64,000 nucleotides of DNA from Candidatus Omnitrophota bacterium (GCA_043821445.1 JBDRCT010000031.1:35620-99619), one strand, 5' to 3'; counted from the first letter of the stretch, positions 44,372-54,289 are shown. Made by a program: numbers and translations. Notes: generated by a model from the sequence alone, not told the origin.

Positions 44372-45843
44372 AAGTCCTGCTGGCTTGCCCCAACGATAGT
44401 GAGCTCGCGGCTTCTTTTAGCAAAAAAGGCGGGGTGTCGATCCCTCTGGGGCTTGCGTATCTCGGCGCGTATGTTCAGGATATTCCCGGAATTGAGTTAG
44501 CGGGATTGGATAACAATGCCCTGAAATTAGAGCCGGAAAAATATCGCGAGATCATTGCCCGTGAAGCTCCCGACATTGTTGCGATCAGCGTGATGACCGC
44601 AACGGTATTTACCACATGGGAAATGGCGAGGGTGGTCAAGGATATTAATCCTCGCGCGATCATTGTGGTCGGAGGCGGCCACTGTTCGGCATTGCCCGAG
44701 AGCACGTTCGAGGAACCTGCCATCGACTATGGGGTGGTGGGGGAAGGGGAAGAGGCCTTCCGCGAACTGCTTATGGCACTCCTGGAAAAACGGGATCCGT
44801 CCCGTATCCCTAATCTTATTTACCGACACGACGGAAAGGTCCACGTCAATCCCAGGCGTTCCCCCATCCGGGACATCGACAAGATCCCTTTTCCCAAACG
44901 CGATCTTTTCGACAATTCTAAATACAATATGAATGTCAACCGGCGCGCTACCTCCGGGAAAAACACCACCCTTCTTACCAGCCGTGGGTGTCCCTACGGA
45001 TGCATTTTTTGCTCTAAATCGATCTACGGGCACCATTTTAATCAGAGATCCCCGAAGAACGTGATCGAGGAAATAAAGGCTCTTGAAAACGAGGGTTATA
45101 GCGAGATCCTGATCGTGGATGATACGTTCACCGTCCATAAAAAATGGGTGTTGGAATTCTGCGGTCTCTTTAGCGAACTCCAACTCAAAATGCGGTGGAA
45201 TTGTCACGCACGCGTGAATACCCTCGACGAGGAAACGGTCTCGGCGATGAAGCGGGCGCATTGCACGGGGATGGCGTTCGGGATAGAGTCCGGGAATCCG
45301 GAGATGCTGAAAAAAATAGACAAGCGCATCACCCTGGACCAGGCCCGCGAGGCGGTCCGCCTGTGCAGAAAATACGGGATCAGCACGCTCTGCAGTTACA
45401 TCTTCGGCCATCCGGGGGACACGCGTCAAACGATGAACGATACGCTCCGCGTGGCTCTGGAGTTGGACTCGGACTATGCGAATTTCTGCGTTCTGGTGCC
45501 GATGCCGGGGTCCAAGATCTTTGATGATTTGATGAAAAAAGAAAACGTCGAAAAAAGATGGGACCGCTATCTGGCACATTCCAAATCCCCGATGGCCAAC
45601 AGTCTTTGCGAGATCTCTCAATCGGAACTTCAGACGATACAGAAAAGCGCTTTTCGGCGATTTTATTTTCGGCCCAAATATATCTGGCGGAAACTACTTG
45701 CCATTAAAAATCCTGCAGCGCTATGGAACTTGATCAAAGGCGCCTATATCGTGTTACTCTTTCAGATTCAGGCAGTGTCACGGAAAAATCGTGGCGAAAC
45801 AGGTAGCCGTGATGCGGGTAAAAGTGATCATGGGGCAGAATAA
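44368..45843 (+). CDS. B12-binding domain radical SAM protein, paralog 3
   Basis: ATGA overlap with the upstream gene. SRGCPYGCIFCS motif. Confidence 0.8.
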   Translation: MKVLLACPNDSELAASFSKKGGVSIPLGLAYLGAYVQDIPGIELAGLDNNALKLEPEKYREIIAREAPDIVAISVMTATVFTTWEMARVVKDINPRAIIVVGGGHCSALPESTFEEPAIDYGVVGEGEEAFRELLMALLEKRDPSRIPNLIYRHDGKVHVNPRRSPIRDIDKIPFPKRDLFDNSKYNMNVNRRATSGKNTTLLTSRGCPYGCIFCSKSIYGHHFNQRSPKNVIEEIKALENEGYSEILIVDDTFTVHKKWVLEFCGLFSELQLKMRWNCHARVNTLDEETVSAMKRAHCTGMAFGIESGNPEMLKKIDKRITLDQAREAVRLCRKYGISTLCSYIFGHPGDTRQTMNDTLRVALELDSDYANFCVLVPMPGSKIFDDLMKKENVEKRWDRYLAHSKSPMANSLCEISQSELQTIQKSAFRRFYFRPKYIWRKLLAIKNPAALWNLIKGAYIVLLFQIQAVSRKNRGETGSRDAGKSDHGAE

Positions 45844-45869
45844 AGTGAGCGAGGAGATCGACTGCGGGT

Positions 45870-46823
45870 ATGAATGAGCCATCCGTCAATGTCATTATCC
45901 CGGTCCTGAACGGAGAGCGCACGCTTGCGCAATGCCTGGAGGCTATCGTCCGTCAAACTTATGGCGGCAAGATCATCCCGGTGGTCATTAACGACGGTTC
46001 CACCGACCGCACCTCCGAAATTGCGCGATCGTTCAAAAATGTCCAACTCGTTGAACAGGAAAATAAAGGACGGGCCGTGGCACGTAACGCCGGCATTGCC
46101 GCCTCCGGTGCAGAAATCCTGGCCTTTACCGACGGCGACTGTATTCCCACTGAGACCTGGCTGGCGGTGCTTGTGGAACAGCTTACAAAGCAAGGCAAAA
46201 AACGCGGCCTTGTGGGGGGATCGGTTGCGATCCCCTCAAAAACCAATATTTGGCAGCGGCTTGACCATCAGGCCTGGGCGCATTCTATCGGGCCGGAAGC
46301 TCCCGCCGGTCCCACGATCTTCGGTTCCACCGCCAATATGGCCCTCTTCAGGACGGTATTCAACGCGGTGGGAGGTTTTGATCCCCGTCTGCGGGGGAGC
46401 GAGGATTCCGATTTGGCATTCCGGATACACCGCGCTGGATACGAAAATTTCTTTGAACCCAAGGCGGTCGTGATGCATGATCATCCGCGTACCACGATGG
46501 GCGCTTTTCTCCGCCAGCGCTTCAATTACGGAAAGTGGACCATACAAACGGTGCTCAAGCACAAGCCCTTGCCGCCTTATTCCTGGATGTTCCCGAACAG
46601 TCGGATCCTGTTGGCTTTGCTCTGGCCGTGTTATGCCTTTTTGGCGACCGTCTTTACCGTGCTGCGCAATCTTCCTCGCGATCCCTCTGTCCTTTGGCTG
46701 AGTCCCCTGCACTTGTTGGGGCGCATTTGGGAATATCTCGGCACCGTGGCAGGTTGCGGGGATTATCAGCGGATCTTCGGCAAGGACGCCGGGTCACGCA
46801 CGCAAGGAGATCCCCGATGCTGA
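45870..46823 (+). CDS. Glycosyltransferase family 2
   Basis: VNVIIPVLNGERTLAQCLEAI...VVINDGSTDRT GT-A N-terminus. DGD/DxD-like motifs. Confidence 0.8.
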   Translation: MNEPSVNVIIPVLNGERTLAQCLEAIVRQTYGGKIIPVVINDGSTDRTSEIARSFKNVQLVEQENKGRAVARNAGIAASGAEILAFTDGDCIPTETWLAVLVEQLTKQGKKRGLVGGSVAIPSKTNIWQRLDHQAWAHSIGPEAPAGPTIFGSTANMALFRTVFNAVGGFDPRLRGSEDSDLAFRIHRAGYENFFEPKAVVMHDHPRTTMGAFLRQRFNYGKWTIQTVLKHKPLPPYSWMFPNSRILLALLWPCYAFLATVFTVLRNLPRDPSVLWLSPLHLLGRIWEYLGTVAGCGDYQRIFGKDAGSRTQGDPRC

Positions 46824-47878
46824 CCGATATCCTCCAATGGAAGCTGACTTCGCGGGCATGCCGTCTGCCCCTCTATATGATCGTTTTTGTGACCTACCGG
46901 TGCAACTCCCGGTGCCGGACTTGTTTTTATCACGAGCAGATCGAAAGTCCGCAGTCCGCGGACTTGCCGCTCGATTTTTATGCCGAGGTGGCGCGTTCGC
47001 TGCCTCGCTTACTTTGGCTGCATCTCTCGGGCGGTGAACCTTTTTTACGCAAAGACCTGCCGGAGCTTGTGGCGGAGTTCTACCGGCATTCCGGCGTTCG
47101 CAAGATCGGCATTCCCACGAACGGTCTCGCGGGGGAGAACCTTTTGGAGAGCGCCCGCCGGATCCTCGCTCTTTGTCCGGAGGCACAGCTCAATATTGTT
47201 TTGTCCCTGGATGGATTGGAGAAAACACACGATTTTCTGCGGGGCGTTCCCGGCAATTATCAAAAGACGATGCTCGCGCTCGAAGGGCTCAAAGAGATCC
47301 GCTCGAAACATCCCCGGTTGGCTTTGAACGTGTGCACCGTTCTCAATAATTACAATGCGGGGGAGATCCCGGAATTGTTACGGCACGTGCAGGAACTGGG
47401 CGTTGACTTTCACGATGTGGGACTCTTGAGAGGAGATTTCCCTGATAAGAGCCTGGAACTTCCGCCGGCCGACGAAGTGGAGAAGATCCTGGACCTGGTG
47501 GATTACTATGCCGAACGTTATTACGCGGCCGGCCGCCATTATCCGGGGGTGTCTGCCCGTCTTGCCGCCCGGGCGCACCGGCACCTCAATCGTTCTTTTC
47601 TCGAGTTTTTACGCACCGGTACGGTGGCCCGGCCTTGTCAGATCGGGGACGGATTCGCCGTGATAGAGCCCAACGGCGATGTGCGCTTGTGTGAGATGAC
47701 GCCCGTGATCGGGAACCTTCTTAAATGGCACGGTGATCTTGCCGCTTTCTGGAATAGCACCGCCGTACGCAAAGCCAGGCGAACGGGGCTCTGTTCCGCC
47801 GGCGCCTGTACGCACAGCAATTTTCAGACACGGAATTTTCTTTTGAATCCCGGCCAGTGGTGGAGGGCCTTCTCCTGA
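46817..47878 (+). CDS. Radical SAM protein with C-terminal SPASM-like Cys cluster
   Basis: ATG at 46817 overlaps the GT2 stop. YRCNSRCRTC (Cx3Cx2C). C-terminal CQIGDG...CEMTPV...CSAGACTHSN cysteine cluster. Confidence 0.7.
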   Translation: MLTDILQWKLTSRACRLPLYMIVFVTYRCNSRCRTCFYHEQIESPQSADLPLDFYAEVARSLPRLLWLHLSGGEPFLRKDLPELVAEFYRHSGVRKIGIPTNGLAGENLLESARRILALCPEAQLNIVLSLDGLEKTHDFLRGVPGNYQKTMLALEGLKEIRSKHPRLALNVCTVLNNYNAGEIPELLRHVQELGVDFHDVGLLRGDFPDKSLELPPADEVEKILDLVDYYAERYYAAGRHYPGVSARLAARAHRHLNRSFLEFLRTGTVARPCQIGDGFAVIEPNGDVRLCEMTPVIGNLLKWHGDLAAFWNSTAVRKARRTGLCSAGACTHSNFQTRNFLLNPGQWWRAFS

Positions 47879-49278
47879 AGATCCTTTTTCTGAACCCGCC
47901 CTTTGGCTCGCGCCGTCCGGAAGGCCTTGATGCGCCGATGGGCATCATGTATCTGGGCGCCGTGCTGAAGCAAGCGGGGCACTCGTGTTCCCTGGTGGAC
48001 CATGTGTGGGAAAAACAAGATGATTGGCGCAAATGGGATCTTGCGCTTTCCAAAAAACCCGATGCGGTGCTCGTCAACACGCAGATCCGGTTCAGTAACG
48101 AGACCCATGCGGCGATGCGGAGACTCCGGTCCCAATATCCTTCGCTCCCGGCGATCGCGTTCGGTCCCCAGGCCTCGACGGAGCCTTCCCGGTTATTACT
48201 GGAAACGGGATTTGACGCTTGCGTGATCGGCGAACCCGAAGAAGTGATCCCTGACGTGTTCCATGACATGGCAAGGCGAAAGACGATCTTGGCCCGGCCG
48301 GGTATCGCCACCGTGGAAAACCCGAATTCCGGACCGGCGTCCCGGATGGACGTCGAAAAACTTCCATGGCCCGATTGGGACTTGGTGGAATACGGGCGGT
48401 ATATCCACTCCACCCACAGCGCCGTTTTTATGGCTTCGAGGGGATTGAACTATGAGGATAAGTTCAATCAGCCGCCGCTTATCTATGCGAAAAAACCCAC
48501 TCGGCGTCTCAGTATCGAACGCGTCATGTGCGAACTTACGCAGTTACGCGAACGTTTTCCTGGCAACTACATGCTTCTTTTTCACGATGAGATCTTCACG
48601 GAAGACCGAGATTGGGTGATCAAACTATGCGCCGCATTGAGGAAATCCCAATGGAAAGCGCCTTATTGGTGCTTCACTCGTCCCGATCTTATCGACACAG
48701 AACTTTGCCGCACCCTGCGCCGGAGCGGGTTCGTGGGCCTCAGCATGGGGATGGAAAGCGCCTCGGACCGGATCCTGGGGATCTTGGGGAAAGAGTTGAC
48801 CGTTTCCCAAATTGAAAAAGGATTCCGTTCGGCACAAAAAGCGGGGCTTCTTACGACAGGCTCGGTCATGATCGGCACCGCCAGTGATGAACTGGGACAA
48901 CCCGATGAAGACCGGCGCGAGCTCGAGTCGACTGTCCATATGGTAGGCCGCCTGCATCCGGATGTTCTTACCGTGACGCTCACCACTCCGCTGCCGGGAA
49001 CGCCTCTGTATGAGTCTTTGAAAGAGAGGGTTCTGGCAAAGTCACCGGAGGAATTTAACTATTATCATGTTTGGCCCGGAAAATATCCGTTACGCCTTGA
49101 AACTCTTACCGCCGGGGACCTTGCAAAAGCCGCGGCGCATATCAGGGCCGTATGGAAACGCAAACTTTGGAAAACGGCATTAAGAATATTGGTCCTTGCT
49201 TTTAGTAATGGAGCGTTCCGTAATACCTTGTTCAACCAGATCGCAAAGGTCGTGAAGCGCAAAGTCCTTCCTGCGTGA
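47857..49278 (+). CDS. B12-binding-domain radical-SAM-like protein lacking the CxxxCxxC motif (probable pseudoenzyme)
   Basis: Clear homology to the three upstream paralogs (LFLNPPFGSRR..., downstream core). The position of GRGCxxxCxFC reads ASRGLNYEDKFN, so all three Cys are replaced. Confidence 0.65.
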   Translation: MVEGLLLKILFLNPPFGSRRPEGLDAPMGIMYLGAVLKQAGHSCSLVDHVWEKQDDWRKWDLALSKKPDAVLVNTQIRFSNETHAAMRRLRSQYPSLPAIAFGPQASTEPSRLLLETGFDACVIGEPEEVIPDVFHDMARRKTILARPGIATVENPNSGPASRMDVEKLPWPDWDLVEYGRYIHSTHSAVFMASRGLNYEDKFNQPPLIYAKKPTRRLSIERVMCELTQLRERFPGNYMLLFHDEIFTEDRDWVIKLCAALRKSQWKAPYWCFTRPDLIDTELCRTLRRSGFVGLSMGMESASDRILGILGKELTVSQIEKGFRSAQKAGLLTTGSVMIGTASDELGQPDEDRRELESTVHMVGRLHPDVLTVTLTTPLPGTPLYESLKERVLAKSPEEFNYYHVWPGKYPLRLETLTAGDLAKAAAHIRAVWKRKLWKTALRILVLAFSNGAFRNTLFNQIAKVVKRKVLPA

Positions 49279-49294
49279 TCGCCGGAGAAATCAC

Positions 49295-50305
49295 TTGATG
49301 GATATATCGGTTTGCATTGTGACCTATAACGCCGCAGAACATATCGGTGCCTGCCTAAGGTCGATCCTGAATCTCGTGCCCCATGGCGGCAGAACGGAGG
49401 TCCTGGTGGTCGATGGATGCTCCACGGATGATACCCTCAAAATAGTCCGCGGTTTTGCCGGCCGTGTCCGTCTCGTCGAAAATCCGAAGAGGACGATTGC
49501 CTCGAACCGGAATGTGGCCCTTCGCGAGGCCCTCTATCCCTACATCGCCTTCACGGATTCAGACTGCATCGTGCCGCCGAACTGGCTTGGGATGCTTGCG
49601 GCATCCTTCGAGGAGATCCAAAAAAACGATACCCGTTTAGCCGGCGTGGGCGGCGGAAACATAGCTCCTTCCGGGGAAAGCCCGTTTCAGACCGCGCTCG
49701 GCATCGCGCTTGATTCATTGCTCGGCAGTCTCGGTTCCGTGCAGGGAAGGATCTTCGTGGAACAGCGCCGGGTGGCAAGTATCGCGTGCCTCAATGCCCT
49801 CTATGCGCGCGCCGCCCTGGAATCAGCCGGGGGATTCGATGAACTCTTGGGAAATATGTGCGAGGATGCGGACATGAACTATCGCCTGAACAAAAAAGGA
49901 TACGGATTGTATTTTGTTCCCGGGGTTCTCGTGGAGCACGGTGCGAGGCGGTCGTTTGGGTCCTGGTGCATGAATATGTATCATTACGGGATCGGCCGGG
50001 CCAGGATCATGCGTAAGCACCGGACCCTCTTTTCTCCGGCGTACGTGATCGCTTTTCTTTTTCTTCCCGGATTATTCGTCGCAAGCCTGTTGGGCATCTT
50101 GTGGCCGCAGGCTTTTCTCGTGTGGCTCTACATTCCATTTGTGATGCTTTCCGGTTTTTTTCTAGCGATGCATAAACACCCTGCTTCAGGCTTGCGTGTA
50201 GGCCCTATTTTGATCGGGACGCATCTTTTTTATGCCGCGGGCCTTTGGCACGGATTTTTCGCGGGTTATCCCGGGAATTCCGGAACCGGTCAAGTGAGGT
50301 CCTAG
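49295..50305 (+). CDS. Glycosyltransferase family 2 with C-terminal TM segments
   Basis: ISVCIVTYNAAEHIGACLRSI...VVDGCSTDDT GT-A N-terminus. Two C-terminal TM helices. Confidence 0.8.
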   Translation: MMDISVCIVTYNAAEHIGACLRSILNLVPHGGRTEVLVVDGCSTDDTLKIVRGFAGRVRLVENPKRTIASNRNVALREALYPYIAFTDSDCIVPPNWLGMLAASFEEIQKNDTRLAGVGGGNIAPSGESPFQTALGIALDSLLGSLGSVQGRIFVEQRRVASIACLNALYARAALESAGGFDELLGNMCEDADMNYRLNKKGYGLYFVPGVLVEHGARRSFGSWCMNMYHYGIGRARIMRKHRTLFSPAYVIAFLFLPGLFVASLLGILWPQAFLVWLYIPFVMLSGFFLAMHKHPASGLRVGPILIGTHLFYAAGLWHGFFAGYPGNSGTGQVRS

Positions 50306-50466
50306 CACCGCATAGTATTTTAAATGAGGGGTATGCGGTACAGCGCTTGATTTTCATTAATAAAAAATGATCAGAAATCAGTGCAGTCCAAGTCACCATT
50401 CATGAAAAGAAATAAAGACTTGGGCAGTACTTTTAACCCTTAAAATGAAATGGAGAAAAGTACTCG

Positions 50467-50877
50467 ATGTTCCTTAAAGAGCATATCCTTACGGGAGCTG
50501 TTGCGGCGGGGGTGGTGGGCTGGTACGTATCCCCCCAGGCGGGTATTTCGGTGCTGGCCGGAAGCGTGCTGATTGATGTGGACCATTACTTATGGTATAC
50601 CGTAAAATTCAAAGATAACTCGCTCGGACGGGCCACGCATTTTTTTGAAGCCAAAGAGGCGGATCACTATTATTGTCTTTGTGTTTTGCATACGGTCGAG
50701 GTGATCGCGGTCTATATCGCCGGGGTCTTATTCATGCATGGCGCGATCTTTTGGATTTCGGCCGGCTGTCTCATGCATATGGCGCTTGACGTGGCCCAGG
50801 GCATTCTGGACGGGGGGCTCTTTCGCAGAAAGTGGAGTCTGATCCACGCGATCTTCTTTCGCGCCAGGGGCGGGTGA
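50467..50877 (+). CDS. Hypothetical membrane protein
   Basis: Three to four hydrophobic helices. No recognisable motif. Confidence 0.45.
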   Translation: MFLKEHILTGAVAAGVVGWYVSPQAGISVLAGSVLIDVDHYLWYTVKFKDNSLGRATHFFEAKEADHYYCLCVLHTVEVIAVYIAGVLFMHGAIFWISAGCLMHMALDVAQGILDGGLFRRKWSLIHAIFFRARGG

Positions 50878-50919
50878 TTTTTTTTCATAACGTAAAAAAT
50901 GATAAGAAAGGATCAGGCG

Positions 50920-51642
50920 ATGAGCGGCACAAACAGTTCGCGTTCGCTGGTGCTTATCCCGGCCTATAATGAGGCTTTGCGAATAAGCGGGCTTATTGAA
51001 AGTATCAGGCGTGTCGTACCTGAAATGTCCATTCTTGTGGTGAATGACGGTTCAAAGGATGATACTCTAAACATTTCCCGCCTATCCGGCGCTACCGTCG
51101 TCACTCACCCTTTTAACATGGGATACGGCGTTGCGATCCAAACCGGTTACAAGTACGCTCTTGCCCAGAACTATGATTATCTTGTCCAGCTTGACGCCGA
51201 CGGCCAGCACGATCCGTCCTGCATTTCGGCGCTTTTGGCTCCGGTGATCGCGGGAACGGCCGATTTCGCTATCGGCTCGCGTTTTCTCGGGAACAGCTAC
51301 CGCCCGCCGCTTGCGCGCAGGGTGGGCATGGCGCTCTTCCGCGGGATCGTATTTCTGGTCACGGGCAAGTTCATTACAGATACGACCTCAGGATTTCAAG
51401 CGTTCAACCGTGAGGTCATACGTTTTTTTTCTACGGATATCTTTCCCGTCGACTATCCGGACGCCGATATGCTGATCACGCTCCATCGCGCGGGCTTTCG
51501 CATGATCGAGATCCCGGTCCGGATGATCGAAAACCGCGACGGAAAATCCATGCACGGCGGATGGAAGCCGGTCTACTACATGTTCAAGATGCTGTTGTCC
51601 ATTGGCGTGACGCTCATGAGGGCCAAGGGAAAAAATAAATGA
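50920..51642 (+). CDS. Polyprenol-phosphate glycosyltransferase (GT2, DPM/GtrB/ArnC-like)
   Basis: LVLIPAYNEALRI...VVNDGSKDDT...VQLDADGQHDP. Typical of polyisoprenyl-phosphate hexose transferases. Confidence 0.8.
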   Translation: MSGTNSSRSLVLIPAYNEALRISGLIESIRRVVPEMSILVVNDGSKDDTLNISRLSGATVVTHPFNMGYGVAIQTGYKYALAQNYDYLVQLDADGQHDPSCISALLAPVIAGTADFAIGSRFLGNSYRPPLARRVGMALFRGIVFLVTGKFITDTTSGFQAFNREVIRFFSTDIFPVDYPDADMLITLHRAGFRMIEIPVRMIENRDGKSMHGGWKPVYYMFKMLLSIGVTLMRAKGKNK

Positions 51643-51771
51643 GATGCCCTGCGATCGTGCGGCGGTATCAACCTAGCACCGCCTCAAGATTGAATTTATG
51701 GGTTGGCGGTACAGCACTGTTAATCCATAAAATCCAAATTGAAAACAGTGCTAGGGAAAAACGGGGGAACC

Positions 51772-52137
51772 ATGCTTGAAAGCCAAAAAATATTTGCTTT
51801 ATTGACTTGCTGTTTTGTTTTTGTGTATACCCTCAATCTGGTGAGAAGGCGAAAACTCCGCGAAGAATACTCCGTCCTCTGGCTGGGGACCAGCCTGCTG
51901 ATGTTCATCCTCGTGATACGCTACGAATGGCTCGTGGCCCTCACCGGCCTGATCGGAGCCGGCCTGCCGACGACCACTTTGTTTATTGGCGCGATCATCT
52001 TTCTCATGCTGATAGCGGTTCAGCTTTCGATCAAGATATCGAATCTGACAGACCAGGTAAAAAATCTTGCCCAGGAAAATGCCTTGCTCCGGAACGAGGT
52101 GATCCCATGTCCGCGAGGACCGGACGCAAAGGGATAG
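51772..52137 (+). CDS. DUF2304-like small membrane protein (partner of the GtrB-type GT2)
   Basis: Two to three TM helices plus a C-terminal coiled coil. Conserved synteny with DPM-like GT2 genes. Confidence 0.55.
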   Translation: MLESQKIFALLTCCFVFVYTLNLVRRRKLREEYSVLWLGTSLLMFILVIRYEWLVALTGLIGAGLPTTTLFIGAIIFLMLIAVQLSIKISNLTDQVKNLAQENALLRNEVIPCPRGPDAKG

Positions 52138-52226
52138 GACATAAGCCGATCGGCGGGCAGGCGTGCGGGACTCTCCAATGAGGCGGGACTTCGGGCAGTC
52201 ACTTGCCGGGATCTGGGACGATCGCT

Positions 52227-53585
52227 TTAGGATCGCCGCCAACTTATATGATCGTGTTTTACCATTGTGTTATCCAGAAGATGTGTGTCGGCATCTTCCT
52301 GCGAGATAAGACCTTTCTGAACACCTTCCCTTAGGGCGTCGTTACGCAAGAGCATTCCCTGAGCCCGATTCATCGCCATGACATTGTAGATCTGAATAGT
52401 TTGGTTATCCCGTATCAGATTACGGATCGGAATCGTGACCGGCATCGTTTCAAAGATCGCCACACGTCCGGGGCTGTCCTTTCTTTTGAGCAGGACCTGC
52501 GAGATGACCGCCTGAAGCGTCATGGCCAGCTGGACCCTCATTTGAGACTGTTGGTTGGGAGGGAAGACGTCGATCAAGCGTTCGATGGCTTGGACGGCAT
52601 CGTTAGTGTGAAGTGTTGCAAAGACCAGGTGGCCTGTTTCGGCTGCGGTCAAAGCCATCGAGATGCTTTCCAGGTCACGGATCTCTTCAACGACGAGCAC
52701 GTTCGGGTCTTCCCGGAGTGCCACACGAAGAGCGCTTGCAAAAGAGATCGCATCGTCTCCGATCTCGCGTTGGCTGATCACGCAGCATTTATTCTTGTGG
52801 ACATATTCGATAGGGTCGGACAGCGTGATGATGTGGGCATTCCTGTGATTGTTCATATGGTGCACCAAGGCCGCCAGGGTCGTGGTCTTGCCGCAGCCCG
52901 TGGCGCCGGTAAGCAGCACGAGCCCATTAGGCAAAGCGACCAGCTTTTCCATTAAGGGAGGAAGCCCGAGTTGCTCCATGGTGGGTGGGACAATGGGGTT
53001 GGCGCGAAAAACACCGCTCAGATGGTTCCGTTGATAGAAAAAATTAATACGGAACCGGTGGGTGAAATTCGGAAGTGTTACGGAACAATCCACTTGGCGG
53101 TTTTCAAGAAGATACTCTTTTTGATCCCTGCTGAGGAATATCTGGATGCAGGAATCCATAAAATCGTCCGTGACGGGTTTTACCTGCATGAAAGGAGACA
53201 GAATGCCGTCGATTCTGAAGATCGGATGGCTTCCCACCTGAAAATGGATATCCGAGGCGTTGCGACTCAGGCCGCTTTTCAAAACGCTCAGGACATCGTC
53301 CGGTGTTTTTGGAACGTTACCGGCCTTCTTGGAAGATTCTTCCTCGGGCTCGTTCTTTGGGTCCCCTTGAATATAGACGATATCGTCAACCATGAAAATC
53401 CCCCCCTTGGATTTTGAAAGTTCACGCTTGTAAGAAAAAGTATCTGTATAAAAGTATATCTGGAGGAAGGTTTGTTGGGAAGCATTTAAATGGGGATTTG
53501 TGTTGCGAAAGACCGGGTCTTTCGATATTTTAAAGGCCCTAAGCAAATCCGTCGCATACGCCTTTAACGGGAGATCCTGAGACAA
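52227..53585 (-). CDS. PilT/PilU-family type IV pilus retraction ATPase (with N-terminal extension)
   Basis: Walker A GLVLLTGATGCGKTTT. Asp box and His box (LVVEEIRD, TLHTNDAV). Alternative start at the Met corresponding to nt 53393 would give ~388 aa. Confidence 0.8.
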   Translation of the reverse strand: MSQDLPLKAYATDLLRAFKISKDPVFRNTNPHLNASQQTFLQIYFYTDTFSYKRELSKSKGGIFMVDDIVYIQGDPKNEPEEESSKKAGNVPKTPDDVLSVLKSGLSRNASDIHFQVGSHPIFRIDGILSPFMQVKPVTDDFMDSCIQIFLSRDQKEYLLENRQVDCSVTLPNFTHRFRINFFYQRNHLSGVFRANPIVPPTMEQLGLPPLMEKLVALPNGLVLLTGATGCGKTTTLAALVHHMNNHRNAHIITLSDPIEYVHKNKCCVISQREIGDDAISFASALRVALREDPNVLVVEEIRDLESISMALTAAETGHLVFATLHTNDAVQAIERLIDVFPPNQQSQMRVQLAMTLQAVISQVLLKRKDSPGRVAIFETMPVTIPIRNLIRDNQTIQIYNVMAMNRAQGMLLRNDALREGVQKGLISQEDADTHLLDNTMVKHDHISWRRS

Positions 53586-53595
53586 GGAGGTTGCC

Positions 53596-54279
53596 GTGAG
53601 TTCCTACGAATATACGATGGGGAAAACGTTGGATCTAAAAGCCGAGCAGGAGAGGACGCTTGCGACGCCCAAGCTTCCGGCGAATGGGATATTGAGGCTC
53701 ATGTTCTGGCAATTTAATGTGCTCTACGGGAAGCCTCGGTCGCTGCCGAAGGTCATGGTTCTCGAGATCCTTGCGCGCTACCCTTACTGGGCGTGGGAGA
53801 ACGGCGCCTACCATTTTTTGTCGAAACTTTACAGCGGTACCAAAAAAGTCCCCGTTGAAAAGGTCGAGGTGGCCCTGCGCCATATCCAAATGGGGCGCGA
53901 ATCACAGGATAACGAACAGTGGCACATGTTCCTTTGGGCGGACCTTTGCCACCAGAAGGGGATCAAACTCGGCTGGCTCCGTCATTTTGTGATCCCCAAG
54001 TCCATGACGCTTGTTTATTTCTTCATGACGCGCATCATGTATTGGCTCAAGCCTGTTTGGTCATTCGCCATGAACGCCGCCTTTGAGTCCCACGCCGAAC
54101 ACGAATACATGCTCTATGCCAAAGAACACCCCGAGTTTGAGGATATGCCTGTGGATTCTGTGTGGTTTCAGCATTACCCCAAGCAGAAGTCCTTGGCGGA
54201 TCTCATCCGTCGCGTGGGCCTGGATGAGCGGGATCACATGAATCACTCCCTGGAAGAGATTGAAAAGCTGACAAAGTAA
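53596..54279 (+). CDS. Hypothetical protein
   Basis: 227-aa ORF, helical and Trp/His-rich. No motif recognised. Confidence 0.4.
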   Translation: MSSYEYTMGKTLDLKAEQERTLATPKLPANGILRLMFWQFNVLYGKPRSLPKVMVLEILARYPYWAWENGAYHFLSKLYSGTKKVPVEKVEVALRHIQMGRESQDNEQWHMFLWADLCHQKGIKLGWLRHFVIPKSMTLVYFFMTRIMYWLKPVWSFAMNAAFESHAEHEYMLYAKEHPEFEDMPVDSVWFQHYPKQKSLADLIRRVGLDERDHMNHSLEEIEKLTK

Positions 54280-54289
54280 TTTCGAGGGA

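Noticed and set aside
41944-45621. Long antisense ORFs (41944..42972 -, 44527..45621 -, 43271..43684 -) inside the radical SAM genes
   Set aside because: They lie opposite strongly supported B12/radical-SAM coding frames with Cx3Cx2C motifs and have Arg/Pro-rich, low-complexity composition. These are GC-rich shadow ORFs.
52401-53417. Plus-strand ORFs inside the PilT-family gene
   Set aside because: Antisense to unmistakable Walker A, Asp-box and His-box ATPase motifs.
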